64,000 nt of DNA from positions 4,978 to 68,977 of the forward strand of contig CAVOUA010000013.1 in assembly GCA_963699475.1 (NCBI GenBank), in the 5' to 3' direction. This DNA is from an uncultured Ignavibacteriaceae bacterium. Lineage in GTDB: Bacteria > Bacteroidota > Ignavibacteria > Ignavibacteriales > Ignavibacteriaceae. Numbering within the stretch: the first letter of the stretch is position 1; the number at the start of each line of letters is the position of its first letter. The notes beneath the pieces were generated by a model. That model had not been told where the DNA came from and did not search any database. It was given only the letters and a program-made list of their open reading frames with translations. A program made the translations under genes and the position numbers. Below, in pieces: positions 40,100 through 48,274 of this stretch.

Positions 40100-42352
40100 A
40101 TGAAGATTTTATCACGACAAATCGTACTTCTTGTGCTGTTTCTGTGTGTCGGAATTCAGCCACAGGTTAAAAGTCAGCTCAATTCAGATATAGAGATTGG
40201 TCTATCTCCCAACCAAATCATTCTATCCAATGCAAGGGATGAAATAAAAAAAATGAACAAGAAAATGCTTGATGATGGTTATTTAATAACCGAGCATATT
40301 CGGCAAGATTGGAATGGTTCAGATTGGGTTAATTCCATAATGGAAACATATACTTATGATAACACCGAAAGGCTTATTGAATTATTGAAGCAATTGTGGG
40401 AAAATAACTTATGGGAAAATCATTCAAGAACTAACTATTTATATACAGAAAACAATTTGCCTGACACGATCACACATCAGGCCTGGTATGAAAGCAACTG
40501 GTTAAATGACTATAGGTACGTATACTCTTATGGCCCAAGCGTGCGTTCTTTTGCTATTAATTCAGTTGGCTATGTCTTTGCCGGAACTTATGGAGGAGGC
40601 GTATTTCTCTCAACAGACAATGGAGCCAATTGGACACAAATAAACAATGGATTAACTAATAATCTCATCAATTCCCTTGCAATCAACTCAATGAATTATG
40701 TCTTTGCTGGTACTTATGGAGACGGCGTTTTTCTTTCAACAGACGATGGAGCGAACTGGACACAGATTAATAGTGGATTGACGGGTGATATTGTCAATTG
40801 TCTTGAAATAAATTCAAACAATAATGTTTTTGCCGGAACCGACATAGGAGTATTCCTTTCCACCGATAATGGAGAAAACTGGGCAATAATAAGTAATATT
40901 TATGATTTTAGTAATATTAGTTCTATTGCTATTAATTCAAACGATCATGTTTTTGCTGGGACCAATAACGATGGAGTGTTTTTAACAACAGACAATGGCA
41001 CAATCTGGACACATCTATATAATGGATTGACTAATGATAAAGTCCTGTCTCTTGCAATCAATTCAAGTAATGATGTTTTTGCAGGAACTTATGGAGGTGG
41101 GGTATTCCTCTTGCCAAATAATGGAACAAATTGGATACAAATAAACAATGGATTTACTAATGATGTTGTCAATTGTATTGCAACCAATTCAAGCGATGAT
41201 TTATTTGCCGGAACTTCGGGGGGGGGAGTATTTCGTTCAACTAACAATGGGGCAATGTGGTCCCAATTACATAATGGTTTAACTAATCAGTATATCAATT
41301 CACTTGCTATCAATTCAAGTGATGATGTTTTTGCCGGAACTTCCGGGGGAGGAATATTTCTTTCAACAGATAATGGGTTTAGCTGGTCACAAATAAATAG
41401 CGGACTAGCTAATGCTCAAAGTAATTTACCAACTGGAGTATTAAACCAAAGCTGGGACATGTTAGAATTTCTCTGGTATAGTACAAACCTTATAAGATAT
41501 TTCTACGATTCTAATGAGAATCTGATCTTAAGATTATATGGACTAAGATTTCTTGACATGCGTTATTTACTTAGTTACGATTCTAATAACAACCTTATCG
41601 AAGAACTTTATCAAATTATGTCAGCCGGGAATTGGAGAAATAACGACATTTGGACTTATTCATATGATGGTCAAAATAATCGAACCTCAACCCTAAGACA
41701 ACATTGGGAAAATAATATGTGGGTAAACTGGGGACTTGTTGAGAACACATATGATCCAAATAACAAATTAATCGAATCAGTTACTAAGGGATGGGATGGC
41801 TCATCCTGGGTTAATGCTACTAGGACTACGTTGACCTATGATGGAAACAATAATTTAACGGTGGTTCTAATGCAAAACTGGCAAGGCGGAGATTGGGTGA
41901 ATTATTACAAGTATGAATATACTTATGATGGTACCGCTTTATGCAAAACAAATAATGTTCAAGCAAACCTGATAGAAGTAACAACACAAACATGGAATGG
42001 GGCAGAGTGGATTAATTCGCAAAAACAAACTTATGCTTATGTTCCAACCGCAGTTGAAGAAACCGAGGAAACAATTACAACCTATTCGCTCCAGCAAAAT
42101 TACCCTAATCCATTTAACCCAAGCACAACTATAAGGTTTTCGATTTCGGAATTTGGATTTACGAAATTGACAATTTATGATGTTCTAGGAAATGAAATCG
42201 AAACATTGGTTAATGAAGAATTACAAGCAGGAGAGTATGAATTTCAATTCAATACATCATCCATCAAACATCTTCCATCTTCTGGAGTTTATTTCTATCA
42301 ACTAAAAACAGGAAAATTTATTGAAACAAAGAAAATGTTGATGATTAAATGA
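40100..42352 (+). CDS. Secreted protein: seven-bladed propeller (..VFAGTYGGGVFLSTDNGANWTQINNGLTN..) inserted in an array of about 29-aa W/YD-rich repeats; T9SS C-terminal sorting domain
   Basis: GGAGG RBS and a signal peptide. Repeats are read directly from the translation. The C-terminal domain reads LQQNYPNPFNPSTTIRFSI...IYDVLGNEIETLVNEEL...SGVYFYQLKTGKFIETKKMLMIK. Confidence 0.85.
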   Translation: MKILSRQIVLLVLFLCVGIQPQVKSQLNSDIEIGLSPNQIILSNARDEIKKMNKKMLDDGYLITEHIRQDWNGSDWVNSIMETYTYDNTERLIELLKQLWENNLWENHSRTNYLYTENNLPDTITHQAWYESNWLNDYRYVYSYGPSVRSFAINSVGYVFAGTYGGGVFLSTDNGANWTQINNGLTNNLINSLAINSMNYVFAGTYGDGVFLSTDDGANWTQINSGLTGDIVNCLEINSNNNVFAGTDIGVFLSTDNGENWAIISNIYDFSNISSIAINSNDHVFAGTNNDGVFLTTDNGTIWTHLYNGLTNDKVLSLAINSSNDVFAGTYGGGVFLLPNNGTNWIQINNGFTNDVVNCIATNSSDDLFAGTSGGGVFRSTNNGAMWSQLHNGLTNQYINSLAINSSDDVFAGTSGGGIFLSTDNGFSWSQINSGLANAQSNLPTGVLNQSWDMLEFLWYSTNLIRYFYDSNENLILRLYGLRFLDMRYLLSYDSNNNLIEELYQIMSAGNWRNNDIWTYSYDGQNNRTSTLRQHWENNMWVNWGLVENTYDPNNKLIESVTKGWDGSSWVNATRTTLTYDGNNNLTVVLMQNWQGGDWVNYYKYEYTYDGTALCKTNNVQANLIEVTTQTWNGAEWINSQKQTYAYVPTAVEETEETITTYSLQQNYPNPFNPSTTIRFSISEFGFTKLTIYDVLGNEIETLVNEELQAGEYEFQFNTSSIKHLPSSGVYFYQLKTGKFIETKKMLMIK

Positions 42353-42468
42353 TGCAATCTATTAATCTGCCTATCGGCAGACACGTCAGAAATCCTGCCT
42401 TTGCGGGAATTCTCTTACGTTAAAATTGAAATGGCTAATATTATTAAAATACTCAATGGAGGCGCGGT

Positions 42469-45400
42469 ATGAAAAAGCAATACCTATCTGTTGCAATTAT
42501 TTTGTTTTTAAGCTCCGTATTCAGCTTTATGCTTTTTAAAACATCTGTTACTGAATTTAGACAAAATGACTCTATATCATACTCTTATAATAACTGGGTA
42601 GAGGGTTTAGAGCATAAAGACCCTATATCAAACTCTTATAATATGTGGGAAGAAGATATAGAAAATTACGAGACAAGTGGGCCCGATGAGCTTGCGAAAC
42701 AAGAATATTTGATGACTAGGAATCCAAAAACTGGCGAGGTCCCTTACCATTTATTATTTGAAGAGTACGAAAGGATTAAAAATCTAAAAATGGTTGATCC
42801 TTTGAATATTATTTGGGAAGAAAGAGGACCGATAAATGTAGGCGGGCGTACACGTGCTATGATGTGGGATCCAAATGATCCTACACATCAAAAATTCTGG
42901 GCTGGAGGTGTTTCGGGGGGATTATGGTATACTAATAGACTTTTGGCACCGATGGATCCTTGGCATAAAATTTCAGATATCTGGGATAATCTCTCTATCA
43001 GTTGTATTGCTTACGATCCTAACAACACACAGGTTTTTTATGTCGGTACGGGAGAAGTCTGGGCAGGCATACCGGGAAAGGGAATCTGGAAATCAACAGA
43101 TGGCGGTGCAACATGGAATCAATTAACGAGCACTGCAAATAATGTCTTTAAATACGTACAAAAGATTGTTGTGCGTCCAAATCATCATGTATATGCCGCG
43201 ACACAAAATAGTGGAATCATGCGTTCTAATGATGGTGGGGCTAATTGGTTCTCAGTGTTAAACAGTGGAAACGGTGCATTATCGGACTGGGCTGGAGATT
43301 TGGAAATCACTCTTGATGATTCCTTACTGGCTGGAATGGGTTTTGGGGATTTTGGTGATGGTGTATATATCTCCTCTACGGGTAATGTTGGTGAGTGGAG
43401 ACGACTTAACAATGACGGCAGTGGTTTTCCAACTCAAGCCGATGGAATTAAAAGAATAGAACTGGCAGTCGCTCCGAGTGACGCAAATGTTATTTATGCT
43501 TTAGTAGAAAACGACAGCACTATTAACAGAACAACTGTTTATGATAGTAATATCAAAGGTATTTACAAGACTACCGACAAAGGAGAGAATTGGGTTCCGT
43601 TAACTATACCTGTTTTAAGAATTTGCGATAATGAAGAATGTGGTGGTGTTGAGAATGATGGTGATACTATCTTCTTTAGTGCAACACAAACCGACTACGA
43701 TCTGGTTGCTGCAGTACATCCCAATAATCCAAACACTCTATTTGTTGGTGGAGTTTCATTACACAGAAGTACCGAAGGTGGCGGTTCATGGGAAAAAATT
43801 GATGGGATACACGACGATCATCATGCATTAGCCTTTCGTCCAGAAGAGCCTTCTAATTTATCTTTTGGAAACGATGGAGGTGTATACTTTACAACAAATT
43901 CGTTGTCTTCGGGTAATATGGGCATTCAGGATGCTAATTTTGGTTATCGGGTCACACAATTTCACTCTTGCGCCATACATCCTGTTTGGGGTGAAAACTA
44001 CTTTTTAGGAGGAACTCAAGACAACGGAACTCAGCAATTTTATATTCCTGGAATGAATTATACAGATCAGGTGGTGGGAGGTGATGGCGGGTATTGCTAC
44101 ATTTTTAAGAGCGACCCTTCGTTTCAAATCGCATCAACGCAGGATGAAGTTTACTTTCTAAGTACGGATGGTGGAAGAAGTTTCTCCAAAATTCATGAGG
44201 ATCATGACTCGCGTTATGGTTTAATAATTCCCTGGGATTATGATGAAAATAATGATGTGCTTTATACATGCTATGACTTACTAAATATAAAAAGATTATT
44301 TTCTGTAAAGAGTGGGAACCCATTATCAACACATACATCATATAATAATATTTTTGAAAATTGGACGGTTGCATTTAAGGTTTCACCATTTTCCAATGGG
44401 ACTTTATTTGTAGGGACCATAGATGGTCGATTATATAAAATAACTAACGCTCATACTGTTCCATTTACTGCGGATGAAATAGGCGATAATAATTTTCCAG
44501 ATGCCTGGATAAACTGTATTGAGTTTGGCGCTGATGAGGACCATATCTTAGTGATCTTTACAAACTATGATGTTAGTTCGGTTTGGGAAACTTTTGATGG
44601 GGGAGATAATTGGAAAGAAAGAGAAGGAAATTTACCTAATGTGCCTATCCGTTGGGGTATTTACAATCCGCTCGATTTACGTCAGGTGCTTGTTGCTACT
44701 GATCTAGGAGTTTATACAACCGAAGACATTACTGTCACTTCACCTGTCTGGGCACCTGCCAATAACGGAATGCCAAATGTCCGCACTACAATGCTAAAAA
44801 TCAGGGAATCGGATCAACAAGTTATAGCTAGCACTTTCGGGCGTGGAATATTTTCAACAAATTCTTTATCCGTTTCACCTTCCACAAAACTTTTAGCCAG
44901 TGATGGTCAGGCAGATGACCATTTTGGTGACGCTGTTGCAACCAACGGTGACTTTGCAATAGTAGGTGCTTCGAATGAAGATGAACAAGGAACAGATGCA
45001 GGTGCAGTCTACTTCTACGAGCAGTTAAATAATCAGTGGACTGAATCGGCTAAAGTTTTGGCACCGGATGGTGCTGCAGAAGATGATTTTGGAGGGAGTG
45101 TAGATATGTTTAGTGACCTAGCTATCGTAGGGGCTCGTTTCGATGATCTGATTGGTTCAGCATATATTTATAGGCTCTCGGGGAATACCTGGAACCTGGA
45201 AGAAAAAATAGCTCCTAACGATGGCAACAACGGAGATAACTTTGGTATAAGTGTTGCTATATCTGGTGATGTCGCTGCAGTTGGTGCTTGGGGTTCTGGC
45301 GATTTTGGAGCAGTATATATTTTTACTTATCAGGCCGGCAATTGGACCCAGACTGACAAAATTATACCTGCAGACGGAGAGATGGGTGATCGATTTGGGT

Positions 45401-47736
45401 GGTCGCTTGACTTAGATGGGAATTATCTGTTAGTTGGAAGTCCGATGGATGATGATAATGGGGCGGAGTCAGGTTCTGCCTACATTTATCATTATGATAA
45501 TGGCTGGGCGCTTGACAAAAAAATTAGTGCTAATGATGGTGATGAGGGTGATCGGTTTGGTCACTCAGTTTCAATAGACAATCAAAATGTTGTTATTGGT
45601 GCATATCATGATGAAGGTGTAAATGGCAATCCGGAAGCAGGTTCTGCTTATGTATTTTTTAACTCAATTAGTTCTAATTGGGAACAAACAGCAAAGTTGT
45701 GGGCACAGGATGCATTGGATTTTCAGTATTTTGGTATTTCTGTTTCTGTTTATGGAGACTACATTCTTGTTGGTGCAGAACAAGATAGTGAAATGGATCA
45801 TTGGTCTGGCGCAGCATACATTTTTAGAAATGAAGGTGGTGGCGGCACCAACTGGTTAAGACAAAATAAATTATTTGCTGAAGATGGAGGAGATAATAAT
45901 CGTTTTGGTCATAGAGTATATTTATACGGAACAACAGCTATAGTATCTTCTATTTTTGACGATGATAACGGGGATTATTCTGGCTCAGCATATATTTTTA
46001 AGAGTATTGTTAATACTAGTAACCTACCCCTACTTTCAGTAACACCATCCTCTTTTGATATAACCAGTGCACAAACTACTGTTTCAATACAAATTAATAA
46101 TAATGGTCCACAGGGTGGTGCTGGAATGGATTGGGATGCTTATTCACTTGATCCCTGGCTTCAGATTGTTGGCGACAGTTCGGGTACCAACTCGGGTACG
46201 GTAACAATTAGTGTGGATGAGAATTTATATTGTGCACGCGAAGGCAGAATTATTGTCAGGGCACCGGGTGCATTACATAGTCCGCGTGAAGTATTTATTC
46301 ACCAGGAAGCTGGTCCAAACACTAATGAGGTTAACATAACTCCCCCAGATCTGAATGATCATGATTTGTTTGGCTTCTCAGTTGATATAGATGGTGAATA
46401 CGCTATTGTTGGGGCCTATGGCAATGATGAGTACGGTACAAGCGCAGGAATCGCTTATATTTTTGAACGAGATGGCTGCTGTTCCTGGCTTCAAAAAGCA
46501 AAGCTACATATAAGTAACCCCAATGGAGGTGAAATCTTTGGCTGGTCGGTAGCAATATCAGGAGATGTTGCAATAGTAGGTGCACCTGGTGATATATCGA
46601 ATCCAAAGATATGCCTATTTCAAAAACCAGTTGGGGGATGGCAAGACATGACTGAATCTGCTAGACTTTCTCCACCATCAGGGATAGCTCACAATGCATT
46701 TGGCAAAGTAATCGATATTTCTGGAGAGTATATTGTTGCTAGTGCTCCAGCAGCCTCAACTCCCTATATTGTATTTTATGAGAGACCATCAGGGGGATGG
46801 CAAGATATGACGCCAACAGCCATTTTTGAGAAAAATATTGTTGGTAGTGGTTTTGGATATTCGGTATCAATAGATGGTCCATATGCAGTAATCGGCTCAC
46901 CGAATGAAAACCAAAACACAGGTTGTGTTTATGTATATGAGCTTGATTGGAATTGGGGAGAACAAATCAGGTTAACGGCAAATGATGGCCAGCCTCAAGA
47001 CCGGTTTGGTCATTCTGTTGATCTTAGTGATAGTATGTTTATAGTAAGTGCGTTTGGTGATGAGGCTGCATATATATTCAGGAGAAAAAGTAATTCATGG
47101 CTTGAGGATCAAAAAATTGAGAGTCCCACTGGTCTTGGTTGTTTCGCGGCTGGTAATAAAGGTGTCGCAATTCAGGGAAATGTCGCATTGGTTGGCAATG
47201 ATTGTGATGATAGTATATTTGGAGATGGTGGTTGCGTTTATTCTTTTGTGCATGGTTCATCAGGTTGGTCATTTTCTAAACAGACAATTCATAGTGATGT
47301 ACAACAAAACGATTGGTTTGGTCACTCGGTTGCTATCTCCGGACCCTATACCATAGTCAGTGCGCCTGAAAAATATAACAGCAGTGGTCCAAGTGCTGGT
47401 GCAGCATATATATATTGCACGGAATCGGATATAGTGACATCTGTTTCAACTCCACCAGAACAAACACTGCCAGTGAGTTACGATTTAAAACAAAATTACC
47501 CTAATCCTTTTAACCCCGTAACAACGATTGTATTTGATCTGCCAAAACCAACTAACGTTACATTAAAAATATATACTATTCTGGGTGAAGAGGTAACTAC
47601 ACTTATTTCGGAAGAACTTAAAGCCGGCACACACAAATACACCTGGAATCCTGTTTCGCTGGCAAGCGGGATTTACTTGTACAGAATAGAAAGTAAAGAA
47701 TTCACGGCAACAAAGAAAATGGTGTTCTTGAAATAA
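42469..47736 (+). CDS. Giant secreted protein (1755 aa): sortilin/BNR-type propeller region, two blocks of FG-GAP-like repeats separated by a BACON/Ig-like module, T9SS C-terminal sorting domain
   Basis: Motifs WKSTDGGATW, MRSNDGGANW, YKTTDKGENW, HRSTEGGGSW and ETFDGGDNW. More than 15 repeats resemble DDHFGDAVATNGDFAIVGA...GAVYFY. The C-terminal domain reads LKQNYPNPFNPVTTIVFDLP...IYTILGEEVTTLISEEL...SGIYLYRIESKEFTATKKMVFLK. Confidence 0.88.
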   Translation: MKKQYLSVAIILFLSSVFSFMLFKTSVTEFRQNDSISYSYNNWVEGLEHKDPISNSYNMWEEDIENYETSGPDELAKQEYLMTRNPKTGEVPYHLLFEEYERIKNLKMVDPLNIIWEERGPINVGGRTRAMMWDPNDPTHQKFWAGGVSGGLWYTNRLLAPMDPWHKISDIWDNLSISCIAYDPNNTQVFYVGTGEVWAGIPGKGIWKSTDGGATWNQLTSTANNVFKYVQKIVVRPNHHVYAATQNSGIMRSNDGGANWFSVLNSGNGALSDWAGDLEITLDDSLLAGMGFGDFGDGVYISSTGNVGEWRRLNNDGSGFPTQADGIKRIELAVAPSDANVIYALVENDSTINRTTVYDSNIKGIYKTTDKGENWVPLTIPVLRICDNEECGGVENDGDTIFFSATQTDYDLVAAVHPNNPNTLFVGGVSLHRSTEGGGSWEKIDGIHDDHHALAFRPEEPSNLSFGNDGGVYFTTNSLSSGNMGIQDANFGYRVTQFHSCAIHPVWGENYFLGGTQDNGTQQFYIPGMNYTDQVVGGDGGYCYIFKSDPSFQIASTQDEVYFLSTDGGRSFSKIHEDHDSRYGLIIPWDYDENNDVLYTCYDLLNIKRLFSVKSGNPLSTHTSYNNIFENWTVAFKVSPFSNGTLFVGTIDGRLYKITNAHTVPFTADEIGDNNFPDAWINCIEFGADEDHILVIFTNYDVSSVWETFDGGDNWKEREGNLPNVPIRWGIYNPLDLRQVLVATDLGVYTTEDITVTSPVWAPANNGMPNVRTTMLKIRESDQQVIASTFGRGIFSTNSLSVSPSTKLLASDGQADDHFGDAVATNGDFAIVGASNEDEQGTDAGAVYFYEQLNNQWTESAKVLAPDGAAEDDFGGSVDMFSDLAIVGARFDDLIGSAYIYRLSGNTWNLEEKIAPNDGNNGDNFGISVAISGDVAAVGAWGSGDFGAVYIFTYQAGNWTQTDKIIPADGEMGDRFGWSLDLDGNYLLVGSPMDDDNGAESGSAYIYHYDNGWALDKKISANDGDEGDRFGHSVSIDNQNVVIGAYHDEGVNGNPEAGSAYVFFNSISSNWEQTAKLWAQDALDFQYFGISVSVYGDYILVGAEQDSEMDHWSGAAYIFRNEGGGGTNWLRQNKLFAEDGGDNNRFGHRVYLYGTTAIVSSIFDDDNGDYSGSAYIFKSIVNTSNLPLLSVTPSSFDITSAQTTVSIQINNNGPQGGAGMDWDAYSLDPWLQIVGDSSGTNSGTVTISVDENLYCAREGRIIVRAPGALHSPREVFIHQEAGPNTNEVNITPPDLNDHDLFGFSVDIDGEYAIVGAYGNDEYGTSAGIAYIFERDGCCSWLQKAKLHISNPNGGEIFGWSVAISGDVAIVGAPGDISNPKICLFQKPVGGWQDMTESARLSPPSGIAHNAFGKVIDISGEYIVASAPAASTPYIVFYERPSGGWQDMTPTAIFEKNIVGSGFGYSVSIDGPYAVIGSPNENQNTGCVYVYELDWNWGEQIRLTANDGQPQDRFGHSVDLSDSMFIVSAFGDEAAYIFRRKSNSWLEDQKIESPTGLGCFAAGNKGVAIQGNVALVGNDCDDSIFGDGGCVYSFVHGSSGWSFSKQTIHSDVQQNDWFGHSVAISGPYTIVSAPEKYNSSGPSAGAAYIYCTESDIVTSVSTPPEQTLPVSYDLKQNYPNPFNPVTTIVFDLPKPTNVTLKIYTILGEEVTTLISEELKAGTHKYTWNPVSLASGIYLYRIESKEFTATKKMVFLK

Positions 47737-47754
47737 ATTTTCTCATCCCTAAAT

Positions 47755-47807
47755 AAGAGAAGGAAAACCGAAAAATATTTAACTGGAAAGTTTTCCTTCT
47801 CTTTTAA
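47755..47807 (+). terminator. Rho-independent terminator (long hairpin)
   Basis: aagagaaggaaaac (47755..47768) pairs with gttttccttctctt (47790..47803), followed by a T-containing tail. Confidence 0.7.
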
Positions 47808-47839
47808 TACCCTCCCCTGGTCTCCCAAGTTAGCTACCT

Positions 47840-48085
47840 CAAAATTACCCTAATCCTTTTAATCCCGTAACAACGATTGTATTTGATCTGCCAAAACCAA
47901 CTAACGTTACATTAAAAATATATACTATTCTGGGTGAAGAGGTAACTACACTTATTTCGGAAGAACTTAAAGCCGGCACACACAAATACACCTGGAATCC
48001 TGTTTCGCTGGCAAGCGGGATTTACTTGTACAGAATAGAAAGTAAAGAATTCACGGTAACAAAGAAAATGGTGTTCTTGAAATAA
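47840..48085 (+). pseudogene. Orphan copy of a T9SS C-terminal sorting domain (no start codon or protein body)
   Basis: In-frame QNYPNPFNPVTTIVFDLP...TVTKKMVFLK-stop, preceded by an in-frame TAG. It is the second unit of the 349-bp duplication. Confidence 0.7.
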
Positions 48086-48103
48086 ATTTTCTCATCCCTA
48101 AAT

Positions 48104-48156
48104 AAGAGAAGGAAAACCGAAAAATATTTAACTGGAAAGTTTTCCTTCTCTTTTAA
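48104..48156 (+). terminator. Second copy of the long terminator hairpin
   Basis: Identical hairpin, 349 bp downstream of 47755..47807. Confidence 0.6.
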
Positions 48157-48193
48157 TTCTCTTCCCCGGCCTCCTGGGTTAGCTGCACATTAA

Positions 48194-48240
48194 AACCACG
48201 CGTTTGCGTGATTGAAACCCTAACCTGTCGCAAATATATT
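48194..48240 (+). promoter_or_regulatory. Palindromic operator candidate overlapping a sigma70-like promoter (site 3)
   Basis: AACCACGCG-TT-TGCGTGATT at 48194..48213, TTGAAA at 48212..48217, a 17-nt spacer, and TATATT at 48235..48240. The ATG of the next gene is at 48275. Confidence 0.55.
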
Positions 48241-48274
48241 TTAATTGCTTTTTAACAACTAATAAGGAGTAATA

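Larger units (their letters stand above)
47492..48189 (+). repeat. Tandem direct duplication, 2 x 349 bp (sorting-domain coding region + stop + terminator hairpin)
   Basis: 47492..47840 is repeated at 47841..48189. Only two substitutions were seen in the first ~310 bp (47514 c / 47863 t; 47708 c / 48057 t). About a quarter of positions differ in the last 40 nt. Confidence 0.9.
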
